A stretch of DNA of 64,000 nt from a virus (IMGVR_UViG_3300042291_000666:54326-118325), one strand, 5' to 3'; positions 1 through 10,133 are shown, numbered from the stretch's first letter. The notes: generated by a model from the sequence alone, not told the origin. Made by a program: numbers and translations.

Positions 1-2
1 CT

Positions 3-1958
3 CCAGATCAAAGATATATTTCTGATTCAGCATATGTTGGTAAAGTAGATTTGATGACAGTATCTGATGTTGTAGATAAATACGGATATTTGATGAGCCA
101 AGAACAATTGGAATCATTACAAAGAATTTATCCGGCAAGATCTGCTCAATATCAAGTTAATGGATATCAAAATGATGGTTCTTATTATGATGCAACAAGA
201 TCACACGCTTGGAATACTAATGCCCCAGGTTTAGCATATAGACAATATACAAGTAACTACATGGCAGATCCTGCTAGAGGTGGTGATATATTAAATCAAA
301 TTTTAGGAGAGAGTGAAGACTTAGCTTACTTTGGTGATGGTAATTTAATGAGAGTATCTACAATTTATTGGAAGACTCAAAGAAAAATTGGACATCTTAC
401 TAAAATAGAATTTGATGGTGAAGTAACTCAAGAAATAGTTGATGAAACATTTAAAGTAACAGAAAAACCTGTTTATGATACATCAATCTTTAAAAATAAA
501 ACAAAAGATACTCTACTACAAGGAGAACATCTTGATTGGATTTGGATTAATGAGATTTGGGGTGGTGTAAAAGTTGGACCAAATGTACCTGCTATGTGGA
601 AGAGTTCTACAAGTAGTGAAATAAATCCAATATACTTGGGTATTAATAGAACTAAACCAGGTAGATTACCATTCCAATTTAAAGGAAACAATTCTTTATA
701 TGGTTGTAAGTTACCTGTAGAAGGTAGAGTGTTCTCTGATAGAAATACAAGATCTACTTCTTTAGTAGATTTAATGAAAGCATATCAGGTTGGATATAAC
801 ATGGTTAATAACCAGATTGCTGATATCTTAATTGATGAATTAGGTACAGTAATTATGTTTGACCAGAATGCATTACCACGTCACTCTATGGGAGAAGATT
901 GGGGTAAAAACAATTATGCTAAAGCATACGTAGCAATGAAGGATTTCCAAATGCTTCCTCTTGATACTTCAATTACTAATACAGAAAATGCTGTAAACTT
1001 CCAACACTACCAGACTCTAAACATGGAGCAAACTAGCAGGTTAATGAGTAGAATACAATTAGCAAATTACTTTAAACAACAATGTTTTGATGCAATTGGA
1101 ATTAATCCTCAGAGATTAGGTGGTCCGGTAGCAGCAGAAACAGCTACAGGAGTAATGAACGCAATGCAACAATCATATGCTCAAACAGAAATTTATTTTG
1201 TACAGCACTCTGATCAGTTAATGCCAAGAGTACACCAAATGAGAACAGACTTAGCTCAGTTCTATTATAGTACTAATCCAAGTGTAAGATTGAGTTATAT
1301 ATCTACTGAAGCAGAAAAGGTAAACTTTACAATCAATGGTACAGATCTTTTACTAAGAGACTTCAACGTATTTGCTACAACTAAGACAAATCATAGAGCT
1401 ATTCTTGAACAGTTAAAGCAAATGGCATTAACTAATAATACAACAGGTGCTAGTATATATGAACTTGGAAACATTGTTAAAGCAGATTCTATTGGTGAAG
1501 TAACAGATATCTTAAAAGATTCTGAAGCAAGAGTAAATGCTCAAAGACAAGAGGAAATGCAACAACAACGTCAAATGCAAGAACAACAGTTACAAGCACA
1601 GGCGCAAGAGGCTCAAATGAAAGTTCAGATGGAGCAAGAAGAAGCAGAGAAAAACAGACAGAAAGATATTACAGTGGCTGAAATTAGAGCTGCTGGATAT
1701 GGAGCTGGTGTAGATGTAAATGAAAATAAAATAAATGATTACCAGGATGCACTAAAAGATATTCAACAAACAACTCAATATAGAGAGCAAATGAATATGA
1801 AACGTGAAGAGATGGTAAGTAAGTCATCTACAGAATCTCAGAAACTTCAAGTTGAAAGAGAAAGAATTGCAGCACAAACACAGATAGCAAAGACGCAGTT
1901 AGATATAGCAATACAGAATAAAAACAAGTATGATAGCAAAAAACCAAAAGATAAATAA
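3..1958 (+). CDS. Portal protein (crAss-like), 5'-truncated by the window
   Basis: Frame is open from position 3, so the TTG at 51 is not the true start. Ends in a long Gln/Glu-rich coiled coil. Lies two genes upstream of the MCP, as in the Crassvirales capsid module. Confidence 0.8.
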   Translation, partial: PDQRYISDSAYVGKVDLMTVSDVVDKYGYLMSQEQLESLQRIYPARSAQYQVNGYQNDGSYYDATRSHAWNTNAPGLAYRQYTSNYMADPARGGDILNQILGESEDLAYFGDGNLMRVSTIYWKTQRKIGHLTKIEFDGEVTQEIVDETFKVTEKPVYDTSIFKNKTKDTLLQGEHLDWIWINEIWGGVKVGPNVPAMWKSSTSSEINPIYLGINRTKPGRLPFQFKGNNSLYGCKLPVEGRVFSDRNTRSTSLVDLMKAYQVGYNMVNNQIADILIDELGTVIMFDQNALPRHSMGEDWGKNNYAKAYVAMKDFQMLPLDTSITNTENAVNFQHYQTLNMEQTSRLMSRIQLANYFKQQCFDAIGINPQRLGGPVAAETATGVMNAMQQSYAQTEIYFVQHSDQLMPRVHQMRTDLAQFYYSTNPSVRLSYISTEAEKVNFTINGTDLLLRDFNVFATTKTNHRAILEQLKQMALTNNTTGASIYELGNIVKADSIGEVTDILKDSEARVNAQRQEEMQQQRQMQEQQLQAQAQEAQMKVQMEQEEAEKNRQKDITVAEIRAAGYGAGVDVNENKINDYQDALKDIQQTTQYREQMNMKREEMVSKSSTESQKLQVERERIAAQTQIAKTQLDIAIQNKNKYDSKKPKDK

Positions 1959-2087
1959 TTAGCGTTAGCTATATACTGCAAAAAACTTTGCAATATTATC
2001 AAATATAATAAGTTTAGGATAGTGTAAACTAAATAAAGAATTGTTATATTATATATATAAAGTATTAATTATTAAACCAACAATAAG

Positions 2088-3389
2088 ATGAGTACCAAAA
2101 ACAACACAATGAGTAGTAACGTAGAGACTTTAGATATTGACTTAGATACAATATTCAATGCAGCACCAAGCGGTGATGACATGACTTTGCCATCTGGAAA
2201 GGATACTAAATCTACAAACAACATTTTTTCAGGAATAAATAAGAAAGCAGATTTTTCATTTGCTGATCCAGATGCAGATGATGCAGATGATTTAACTGAT
2301 AAAGGTAAAACTCCAACATCAAGTGCAGATCTTCTTGCAGATGATGATAATGAGATTACACCTAAAGCAACTAAAGAAGATGGTAAAAGCATCCTTGATA
2401 GTTTAGGTGATGATGAAGATGAAGAAGAAAGAAAAGAAACTAGAGGTAGAAAACCTATTTCTGGAATTTCTGATGTCTTCTCTAAAATGATTAAAGAAGA
2501 TAAATTAGTACCTTTTGATGATGAAAAGTCTTTTGATGAATATACAGCAAAAGATTGGGAAGAATTAATTGAAGCTAATTTGGAAGAAAAAGCTAATCAA
2601 GTAAGACGTGAAACACCTAAACAGTTTTTTGCTAGCTTACCTGAAGAGTTACAAATTGCAGCAAGATATGTGGCAGATGGTGGTACTGACTTAAAAGGTT
2701 TGTTTTCCACTTTAGGTCAAGTAGAAGAAACTAAGGATTTAGATATTAAATCTGAAAGAGATCAGGAGATTATTATTAAAGAATATTTAAATGCTACTGG
2801 TTACGGTACTTCTGATGAGATTGCTGAGGAAATTGAAATTTGGAAAGATTTAGGAAAGCTTGAACAACAAGCTGCTAAGTTCAAACCAAAGTTGGATAAG
2901 ATGGCAGAACAAATTGTTATCAAAAAAGTGCAAGAGCAACAACTAAAACAAAAACAACAAGAGCAAGCTTCTAAAGCTTATATGCAAAATGTATATGATA
3001 CTTTAAAAGATGGTAACTTGGGAGATATTAAAGTTGATAGAAAAACTCAAGCAATGTTGTATAATGGTTTAGTTCAACCTAGTTATCCTTCAGTAAGTGG
3101 AAGAAATACTAATTTATTAGGACACCTATTAGAAAAGTATCAGTTTGTAGAACCAAATTATAAATTAATATCAGAAGCATTATGGTTATTGCAAGATCCG
3201 GAAGGATATAAAGCAAAGATCATGGATAAGGGAGCTCAACAAAGTATTGAGCAAACAGTAAGAAAACTAAAAACAGAACAGGGTAACCATAGTTCAAGTT
3301 CTCTTGGGATTCAAGATAAAGATGAAGAAACAAGAAGACAACCAACTAAAAAATTACCTAGAACCAACAACATTTTCAAACGGATTTAA
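2088..3389 (+). CDS. Putative capsid scaffolding/assembly protein
   Basis: 433 aa, very acidic low-complexity N-half and helical coiled-coil C-half. Sits between portal and MCP. Function inferred from synteny. Confidence 0.55.
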   Translation: MSTKNNTMSSNVETLDIDLDTIFNAAPSGDDMTLPSGKDTKSTNNIFSGINKKADFSFADPDADDADDLTDKGKTPTSSADLLADDDNEITPKATKEDGKSILDSLGDDEDEEERKETRGRKPISGISDVFSKMIKEDKLVPFDDEKSFDEYTAKDWEELIEANLEEKANQVRRETPKQFFASLPEELQIAARYVADGGTDLKGLFSTLGQVEETKDLDIKSERDQEIIIKEYLNATGYGTSDEIAEEIEIWKDLGKLEQQAAKFKPKLDKMAEQIVIKKVQEQQLKQKQQEQASKAYMQNVYDTLKDGNLGDIKVDRKTQAMLYNGLVQPSYPSVSGRNTNLLGHLLEKYQFVEPNYKLISEALWLLQDPEGYKAKIMDKGAQQSIEQTVRKLKTEQGNHSSSSLGIQDKDEETRRQPTKKLPRTNNIFKRI

Positions 3390-3434
3390 CAATCAAATAT
3401 ATAAACAATTAATAACTAAAAACAAGTAAAAATT

Positions 3435-5051
3435 ATGGCAACTCCAGTATTAAATAATGGGATTTTCCTAAGAGACACTAGCTACAAAGCAAGTTCTCAT
3501 GTTGATTCTTATCACTTGACTCAGATGCTAGGTTCAGCAGAACCTATGGATATGGGACCAATTGATTTATGGGCAATGACTCAAAAAGTTGAAATGCCTC
3601 TTTATCAAATGGCATCATTTGGTGGAAAGAATACTATCATGGTAGACAATGCTCGTGGTGAGTACAAATGGCAAACTCCTATTGCACAAGATCTTCCATA
3701 CATTGTGGCAGACATTGAACCAGCTAATGCCGCTAAAGGTGTAGATGGAACAACATTCAAAATTAAAATTTCTAAAAGAACATTTGGACATGGTGATATC
3801 ATCACTTATGACAAATACAATGGATTAGAACTTTACATCACAGCTGATGATATCATCCCTGCTGGTGACGGTTTTATCTATACTGTTCAATTAGTAAACA
3901 ACAACAACGTAGCTAGCTTAGACAATAAGTATTTAGCTAAAGGTACTAAGTTCTTCAGAAAAGGTTCTGCAAGAGGTGAGTACGGAGAAAGATTCTCTGA
4001 CATTGAAACAGGTTCTGGTTTCCGTGAGTTCTACAACTTTGTAGGAGGAGCTGAAGCACACGTACACTATTCTATTTCTAGCCGTGCTGATCTTATGATT
4101 AAAGGTGGTTTGAATGCAGATGGTACTGTACCTGTAACTGAAATCTGGAGAAACTTTGGTGCAAACAATGATCCTGCTGTACCTAGTATTGAAGGATTAA
4201 TTGCTAACATGGGTAAAGCTGGTGCAAGAGAAGCATTTGAAAATGGTTCATTGACTAGAACATTTATCACTAACATGGAAGCTGCGCATTTATCAAAAAT
4301 TGCTTCTGACATTGAAACTTACTTAATGTGGGGTAAAGGTGGTAGAATCAAACAAGATGGTCCAGATGATATTAGATTATCTGTGGGATTATGGGCACAG
4401 TTGGATAACTCATTCAAAAGAGTTTACAACAAGTCTTCTTTCACACTTGATATGTTTAAATCTGAATTGTATAACTTCTACCAAGGTAAAGTTGAGTTCA
4501 AAGGTCCAGATCCACAAAGATCACTTGTTGTTCAAACAGGTATTGGTGGTATGCAATTGATCAACAAAGCTATTGCTGATGAAGTATATGGTTCTGGTTT
4601 AGTACAAAATGCTAGTGATATTGGAGCTGTTAAAGGTTCTGGAATGGATCTAGATTATGGATTTGCTTACACTTCATTTACTATTCCTTTCTTAGCTAAC
4701 GTTAAGTTTGTATTGAACCCTGCGTTTGATAACTTGAATACTAATGATATTGAGAATCCATTAATTGATGGCCGTCCATTAAGTTCTTATAGCTTCATTA
4801 TCTTTGACGTAACAGATGAAGGAAATGATAACATCCATTTATTGAAATTATCTTGGGATAATCAATTGAAATGGTTCTACCAAAATGGAACTATGGATTA
4901 TATGGGAAGAACTCAAGGTTTTGCATCTACTGGTAACTTCAACGGATACCGTGTAATGATGTCACAAACTATGCCTGCTATTTGGGTTAAGGATCCAACT
5001 AAAGTTTTAAAAATTGTTATGAGAAACCCTATTACTGGTGGTTCATTCTAA
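3435..5051 (+). CDS. Major capsid protein (crAss-like)
   Basis: 538 aa, position after portal and scaffold. Codon usage visibly richer in C-ending codons (AAC, TTC, ATC), as expected for a highly expressed gene. C-terminal IWVKDPTKVLKI motif resembles crAss-like MCPs. Confidence 0.85.
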   Translation: MATPVLNNGIFLRDTSYKASSHVDSYHLTQMLGSAEPMDMGPIDLWAMTQKVEMPLYQMASFGGKNTIMVDNARGEYKWQTPIAQDLPYIVADIEPANAAKGVDGTTFKIKISKRTFGHGDIITYDKYNGLELYITADDIIPAGDGFIYTVQLVNNNNVASLDNKYLAKGTKFFRKGSARGEYGERFSDIETGSGFREFYNFVGGAEAHVHYSISSRADLMIKGGLNADGTVPVTEIWRNFGANNDPAVPSIEGLIANMGKAGAREAFENGSLTRTFITNMEAAHLSKIASDIETYLMWGKGGRIKQDGPDDIRLSVGLWAQLDNSFKRVYNKSSFTLDMFKSELYNFYQGKVEFKGPDPQRSLVVQTGIGGMQLINKAIADEVYGSGLVQNASDIGAVKGSGMDLDYGFAYTSFTIPFLANVKFVLNPAFDNLNTNDIENPLIDGRPLSSYSFIIFDVTDEGNDNIHLLKLSWDNQLKWFYQNGTMDYMGRTQGFASTGNFNGYRVMMSQTMPAIWVKDPTKVLKIVMRNPITGGSF

Positions 5052-5059
5052 CAAAAGAA

Positions 5060-5200
5060 ATTGTTAAGCTCCGCACCTCAGCTCTGGCCCTTCGGGGTCA
5101 TCTGGGGGGCGTCTTAGCAATACTGTGATAGGTTGGCCCATATCTCTATTCTGTGTGCATTGACAAGGGATGTCTAGCATGCTGGGGCCAGCTGATTCAC
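5060..5200 (+). ncRNA. Candidate structured RNA: two long imperfect hairpins followed by a U-tract
   Basis: GC-rich island. Hairpin 1: 5060-68/5113-21, 5076-81/5102-07, 5085-90/5095-5100 with a cUUCGg loop. Hairpin 2: 5125-28/5197-5200, 5131-39/5185-93, 5153-58/5177-82, 5162-65/5171-74. Many G-U pairs work only on the + strand. Confidence 0.7.
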
Positions 5201-5235
5201 TTTATTTTTTTTAACAAACTTAATTATAAAATATT

Positions 5236-5436
5236 ATGGCACTAGATATAAAAAAAGCAAACAAAACATATGAGTTTTCAAACTCAAATGTTTCTCAAAT
5301 TATTGCTTCAAAAGCTGTAGGTAAAGATATATTAGATAGAAATTATGCTGATAATGTTGCAGCAAAAGCAGCAGGATTAGGTAATGGAGATTTATATCAT
5401 ACGGCAGGAGTATTAAAAATTGTTTACGCGGCTTAA
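5236..5436 (+). CDS. Small putative virion protein
   Basis: 66 aa with an A-rich leader. The C-terminal YADNVAAKAAGLGNGDLYHTAGVLKIV resembles a short motif found at the ends of phage structural/fibre proteins. Confidence 0.6.
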   Translation: MALDIKKANKTYEFSNSNVSQIIASKAVGKDILDRNYADNVAAKAAGLGNGDLYHTAGVLKIVYAA

Positions 5437-5446
5437 GTCAAATAAA

Positions 5447-5475
5447 CTGGAGTAAGAATAAAAACCTTACTTTAG
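5447..5475 (+). other. Intergenic hairpin
   Basis: CTGGAGTAAG (5447-56) pairs with CTTACTTTAG (5466-75), including two G-U pairs. No strong U-tract follows. Confidence 0.4.
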
Positions 5476-5496
5476 AAATATTAATAATAATAAATT

Positions 5497-5517
5497 GTAC
5501 ATAATTATGTACTTTTG
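5497..5517 (+). promoter_or_regulatory. 16-bp palindrome overlapping a Bacteroidota -7 promoter element
   Basis: GTACATAATTATGTAC (5497-5512) is a perfect palindrome. TACTTTTG (5510-17) matches TAnnTTTG, about 45 nt upstream of ATG 5562. Confidence 0.55.
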
Positions 5518-5561
5518 ACAATGAGAAAACAATTATTAAATTTTAACACAAAAACCAAATT

Positions 5562-6578
5562 ATGAATGATTACACAATTGTAGAAAAGTATCAGCAAACA
5601 AAGAATCAAACTATTGCTATACGCCCTTATTTTAACTCTTCAAAAGAGAACATGGGTTTAGAGCATTACGGATTAGCTTTGCATGATGGAGTATTTCATG
5701 AAGAAACATTAGCTTGTTTAGAAATGAATGGGGTTAAACGTTATGTTACAGGATTAAATGAATTTGCTCCTGATGTAAAAATGTTAGCTCCAAAAGAAAA
5801 AGAAGCAAAGATCAAAGAAATTAGAAAAGTTGTTTCTCAATTAGAAGCTGAATTAGCTGCTAATGTTGTTGCTGTTGATGATAAAGATTTTTGGAACAAG
5901 CTTACAGTAATGAAGCCTGATAATTCAAAATTTTGGGATAAGATTAGTTTAAGATGTGGTAATGATCCTGTGTTTTTAGATCCAGATAAAGATCCTTATG
6001 ACTTAATTAAATTACATGCTATTCATGCAGGAGGTTTTTCTATTGTAGCAAAATCATTAAGAGAAGCAAGAGAATCAGGTAATCCACCTAAATTCTATCT
6101 TGATACAATGGAAGAAACATTAAGTACTAGAACAGAACTTAGTAAATTAAAAAATAAAGCATTGGTTGAACTACAAAAAATGTATGATTCAAATGCTTCA
6201 AAATTAATGTATGTTGCTAAAATCTGTGATGCTGATAGTGTACAGTATGTTAAAAATACACCTAATGATATTCTTTATGAAAACATGGATGAATATATTC
6301 ATGGTAATGGTGCTGAGTCTTCTAAGAAAAGAGCAGCTTCACAATTTATAGAAGTGTCAGGGTTATCAATGGAAGAATTAAAAATTAGAGCTTTAATTAA
6401 AGACTCTTTATATTATAGATTTATTACTACTAAAGCTGGAGGTTGGATTGAACCAATTGACAGTGGAATTAGATTGGGTAAGTCACCATCTGAATGTCTG
6501 GAATTTTTAAAGAATCCAGAGAATGAAGAAACATTGATGTCATTACTTAATAAAGTAGAGCCATACTGGAACTCCTAA
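5562..6578 (+). CDS. Conserved crAss-like capsid-module protein (crAssphage gene 75-like)
   Basis: 338 aa helical, charged protein just downstream of the MCP. Call is from synteny. Confidence 0.55.
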   Translation: MNDYTIVEKYQQTKNQTIAIRPYFNSSKENMGLEHYGLALHDGVFHEETLACLEMNGVKRYVTGLNEFAPDVKMLAPKEKEAKIKEIRKVVSQLEAELAANVVAVDDKDFWNKLTVMKPDNSKFWDKISLRCGNDPVFLDPDKDPYDLIKLHAIHAGGFSIVAKSLREARESGNPPKFYLDTMEETLSTRTELSKLKNKALVELQKMYDSNASKLMYVAKICDADSVQYVKNTPNDILYENMDEYIHGNGAESSKKRAASQFIEVSGLSMEELKIRALIKDSLYYRFITTKAGGWIEPIDSGIRLGKSPSECLEFLKNPENEETLMSLLNKVEPYWNS

Positions 6579-6588
6579 AATTTAAAAA

Positions 6589-7296
6589 ATGGATAATAAC
6601 ACACTTTTAATTAAATTAAAACAAAGACTAAACAAACTAGATAGCCAAGACTATGATAACATAGAGTGTTGGCAGTTTGTTGAAGCTTTTAATAAAGTAC
6701 AGGTAGACTGGTGTAGAAGAAATTTGCACGGGGGTAATATGTACAAAGAAGGTGATGAATTATCTAAAAGAAGAATTGATGATTTACAACCCCTGTTAAG
6801 AGAGTTATCTTTAACAGGAGTTGTAACTGATCAGTACTTTGAAACAAATAACTTTCCTATAAATACTTATTTAGAATACAAAAGAGTAAGTACGGATGCT
6901 ACAAGTGAATGTTGTCCAGATCCTAGATCAATGACAGTATATTTAGCTGAAGAGGCTAATGTATCTTTATTACTAAGAGATCCATTAAAGGATCCAAACT
7001 TTGAATGGGGTGAAACATTTTGTACAATGTTGGGTAACAAAATTAGAATATATAGAAAACCAGATTTTAATATTGTAAACCCTGTATTGACTTACTATCA
7101 AAAGCCTGTTTATATACAAATACAAGGTTGTGTTGATCCATATACAGGTGTTGTTAGTACAACTAATATACCTTGTCAATTTAAAGATGATGTTGTTGAA
7201 GTATTATTAGATGATACGGCTTCACTTATTGCAGGAGATATAGAGAACATTTATCAACAACAAAGGGGCCAAGGTTCTGCTGAAAGAAATAATTAA
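6589..7296 (+). CDS. Ring/head-tail connector protein
   Basis: 235 aa. N-terminal 'RLNKLDSQDYDN...FNKVQ' helix pattern, 'LTYYQKP' strand and C-terminal helix fit tail tubular/ring proteins, as does the synteny. Confidence 0.6.
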   Translation: MDNNTLLIKLKQRLNKLDSQDYDNIECWQFVEAFNKVQVDWCRRNLHGGNMYKEGDELSKRRIDDLQPLLRELSLTGVVTDQYFETNNFPINTYLEYKRVSTDATSECCPDPRSMTVYLAEEANVSLLLRDPLKDPNFEWGETFCTMLGNKIRIYRKPDFNIVNPVLTYYQKPVYIQIQGCVDPYTGVVSTTNIPCQFKDDVVEVLLDDTASLIAGDIENIYQQQRGQGSAERNN

Positions 7297-7298
7297 TC

Positions 7299-7826
7299 AT
7301 GGAAAATAAAATGAGATCTTTAAAGATAAATACTCAAGTAACTAAAACAATTAGCAGACCATCTGCAAAAGTTGAAGAAAAAGAAGAAAAAGAAGAAGAA
7401 TCTGTTATAGCTAAACCTGTACCAGATACTGGTGTTGGTGGAAGTTCTTTAGATACTATGACTGCTAATTTAGCAACTGAAATGATGAATGCTGCAATCA
7501 GTTTTCATAGACTTCATTTAAAAGTTAATGGAGAAGGTTCTTATTCAGCACATATAGCTTTAGGTGGTTTTTATGAAGGTCTACATGATCACGCTGATAC
7601 TTTAGTAGAAGGATATCAAGGTGTGTCTGAAAAACTTTTATCATACAAAGATTCACCAATTAGAACATTAGATACTGTAGCGGATGCTGTTGGATATTTA
7701 AGAGATTTATACAATACTGTTAACAAATTACAGGGTATGATGCCTTATTCAGAAATTGTAAATAATCTTGATCTTGTAAAAGATTCAATTAATTCAACAA
7801 AATATAAATTAATTTTTCTATCATAA
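7299..7826 (+). CDS. Ferritin/Dps-like four-helix-bundle protein (DUF5856-like)
   Basis: HRLHL...SYSAHIALGGFYEGLHDHADTLVEGYQG...NNLDLV...KYKL matches the Dps-like pattern H-x(11)-H...Y...D-x(3)-E. Confidence 0.7.
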   Translation: MENKMRSLKINTQVTKTISRPSAKVEEKEEKEEESVIAKPVPDTGVGGSSLDTMTANLATEMMNAAISFHRLHLKVNGEGSYSAHIALGGFYEGLHDHADTLVEGYQGVSEKLLSYKDSPIRTLDTVADAVGYLRDLYNTVNKLQGMMPYSEIVNNLDLVKDSINSTKYKLIFLS

Positions 7827-7843
7827 TTGGAAATTAAAAACTT

Positions 7844-7857
7844 TTGCTTATATTATA
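7844..7857 (+). promoter_or_regulatory. Putative late promoter motif
   Basis: TTGCTTATATTATA. The same TATATT core recurs upstream of the genes at 2088, 9503, 18764 and 35495. Confidence 0.45.
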
Positions 7858-7910
7858 TGTGTACACGTAGTACAAATTTATATATTTATTAATAACAAAA
7901 AACAAAAATT

Positions 7911-9374
7911 ATGGCTTATTTTAATCATGCGTTTTACAAAACGTTTGTTGCTACATCAACCCAAGCGTCAGCTGGAGTAGCAACCTCAGCATTAACTGCT
8001 GGTCAGCTTGGTTTAGTTACTGATGCATCATGGCAAACAATTGCTATTGCTGGTGGTACTTTACCTGCTAACTCATTAGCTTATCTTGTACAAGGTAGCT
8101 ACTACACTAAAGATACTATTGGAAACAATCCAGGTAACGGTGGTTACAAGGAATCTGTTAAATCAAAAGGTATCAATCCTAAATTCATCTCAAGAGCATG
8201 GGTTACTAACTGTTTATTGGCTCAACAATCTACTGCGTCTTTATCATTAGGACCTGATTGTGCTCCATGTGGAAAAACTCAGTTCATGAGAATTGATGTT
8301 AAAGGTTCTCCAACATTACGTTTCTTAAATCACAATGCTTATTCTATTGGTGATAGTGCAAACATTTGTTGTGTAGGTGATCAAGAATTTTTAGATCCAG
8401 CATTAGTTTCGGCTACTATGGCTCAAATGGTTCTTGCTAATCCTTTAATTACTCCATTTGTTGCTGAAGGTGACGTTGATGGTGTTGCTACTGCTACATT
8501 AGCTGGTGGTTCTGGATATTCTGTTGCTTCTGGTGTTGCTACTACTGGTGGTTCTGGATCAGGTTTTAAAGTTAATATTTTAACTGTATCTTCTGGTGCT
8601 ATTGCTACTTATAGTGTTGCTGCACGTGGTGCTGGATATGTTGTAGGTGATGTATTAACAGTTGCTGGTGGTACTGGTGGAACTTTCACAGTTACTGCTC
8701 TTACTGCAGGTGGTGTTGTAATTACTGCAACTACTGGTGCTGTAAGTGTACAGTCTGTTTACACTATTGCTCAAACTTTAGGTACAGCTGCTTCTGGAAA
8801 CTATGTTCCTTCACTTGATCCTAATGGTACAACTAAAGTTAGTGCTACAGTTAATTTTGTAGGAGCTTATGTTGATACTAAATTTGGTAACTGTTCATTT
8901 GATACTAGAGATCATTTTAACGCTGAACCTGTAGTTATCATTGCTTCTATCCTTGATGAAACTGGAAATCCATGTAATGATTGTGGTGTTGCTACAAGCA
9001 CTCCTGGTCAAATGCAACAAACTCAAGGTGAAAATGTAGTTAGAGATTTAATCTTATCTGAAAGATACAGACAATCTCCTTTCAATCAAGGAAATGCAGA
9101 TAGTGCAAGAATTAGAGAGATTGAGATGTCAGATGAAATCTTAGCTGCTGTTGATAGATCTGCTACTTATAAAGCATATTATATCCAACATACTGTTCCA
9201 AGATTCAACAACCCAAGTGGTGTGTTTGACAATGATCAATATGTTTACCAAGTATATGTTAAATGTTCTGACACTGCTGCTAACACTGCTGTATTAGCAT
9301 TGGTTAACAAAGTGGTTGCTTTAGCAAATGCTGCTGGTAATAACATTGCATTAGAAACTAACTCTTACTGGTAA
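7911..9374 (+). CDS. Structural protein, probably auxiliary capsid protein, with an inserted Gly/Thr-rich beta domain
   Basis: 487 aa, followed by a strong terminator. Contains the insert GGSGYSVASGVATTGGSGSG...GAGYVVGDVLTVAGG. Synteny matches the crAss001 auxiliary capsid gene. Confidence 0.5.
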   Translation: MAYFNHAFYKTFVATSTQASAGVATSALTAGQLGLVTDASWQTIAIAGGTLPANSLAYLVQGSYYTKDTIGNNPGNGGYKESVKSKGINPKFISRAWVTNCLLAQQSTASLSLGPDCAPCGKTQFMRIDVKGSPTLRFLNHNAYSIGDSANICCVGDQEFLDPALVSATMAQMVLANPLITPFVAEGDVDGVATATLAGGSGYSVASGVATTGGSGSGFKVNILTVSSGAIATYSVAARGAGYVVGDVLTVAGGTGGTFTVTALTAGGVVITATTGAVSVQSVYTIAQTLGTAASGNYVPSLDPNGTTKVSATVNFVGAYVDTKFGNCSFDTRDHFNAEPVVIIASILDETGNPCNDCGVATSTPGQMQQTQGENVVRDLILSERYRQSPFNQGNADSARIREIEMSDEILAAVDRSATYKAYYIQHTVPRFNNPSGVFDNDQYVYQVYVKCSDTAANTAVLALVNKVVALANAAGNNIALETNSYW

Positions 9375-9409
9375 TCAATATACCTTAAGAGGTTGATTTT
9401 TTAAAAATT

Positions 9410-9446
9410 AAGAGTAGGAGTCAAAAACTCCTGCTCTTTTTTTTTT
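9410..9446 (+). terminator. Intrinsic terminator
   Basis: AAGAGTAGGAG-tcaaaaa-CTCCTGCTCTT followed by a T-run. Confidence 0.85.
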
Positions 9447-9502
9447 CTTTATTCTAATTTTTTTGTATATTGTATATATAGTGTATCAAAATAAATATCA
9501 AA

Positions 9503-10075
9503 ATGGCTGACAAACATATATTAAGCTTAGAAATACCAACAGTATCTAACTGTAATCTTTTATGTATTAAAGATACTAGTCAGTATTCTTCAGAACTTGC
9601 TGTTGATTGTGAAGAATTATTAATCACACTTCCTGGCTTTACCGTACCTGTGTTACTTAAAGTAACAAAAGGTTTTGACATGTGTTTAACAGCATGTGCA
9701 CTTGCAATACAAAACCTTAATTGTGGAACTATACAACAAGAAATTCCTGATGGAATTTATGTTATTAGATATAGTGTATCTCCAAATTCAAAAGTTTATG
9801 TTGAATATAATCACTTAAGAGTTACTAGATTATTGACAAAATATTATGAAGTATTATGTGATTTAAATATTCAAGCATGTCAACCTGAATCATATAAACA
9901 ACAACTTTTAAATGAGATGAATTATATTAAAATCATGATTGATGCTGCTGTAGCTAATGTTGAATATTGTCAATCTCCAGCTCAAGGAATGCAATTATAT
10001 AATTATGCAAAAGATGGATTGAATAGAATAATTTGTCCTTCTGGTAATTGTGGGGGAAGAACATACTTATACTAA
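9503..10075 (+). CDS. Cys-rich structural protein (tail hub-like)
   Basis: 190 aa with IPDGIYVIRYSV and many Cys. Lies just before the fibre genes. Confidence 0.5.
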   Translation: MADKHILSLEIPTVSNCNLLCIKDTSQYSSELAVDCEELLITLPGFTVPVLLKVTKGFDMCLTACALAIQNLNCGTIQQEIPDGIYVIRYSVSPNSKVYVEYNHLRVTRLLTKYYEVLCDLNIQACQPESYKQQLLNEMNYIKIMIDAAVANVEYCQSPAQGMQLYNYAKDGLNRIICPSGNCGGRTYLY

Positions 10076-10133
10076 TAGTATATACTAAAAGTATATGATG
10101 ATAAAGATTTAAATAAACCAAAAATAAATTGAT

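Noticed and set aside
51-53. TTG start for the portal (and TTG at 63980 for NrdA)
   Set aside because: Both frames stay open to the window edges, so the genes are truncated by the window rather than starting there.
1550-1660. Gln-rich CAA runs in the portal and cargo proteins as possible DNA repeats
   Set aside because: They are imperfect and explained by coiled-coil or low-complexity protein sequence.
5049-5236. Readthrough or frameshift extension of the MCP (TAA-CAA context followed by a strong hairpin)
   Set aside because: Readthrough meets TAG after about 21 codons. The 5236 ORF has an in-frame TAA at 5221, so no fusion is possible, and no slippery heptamer is evident.
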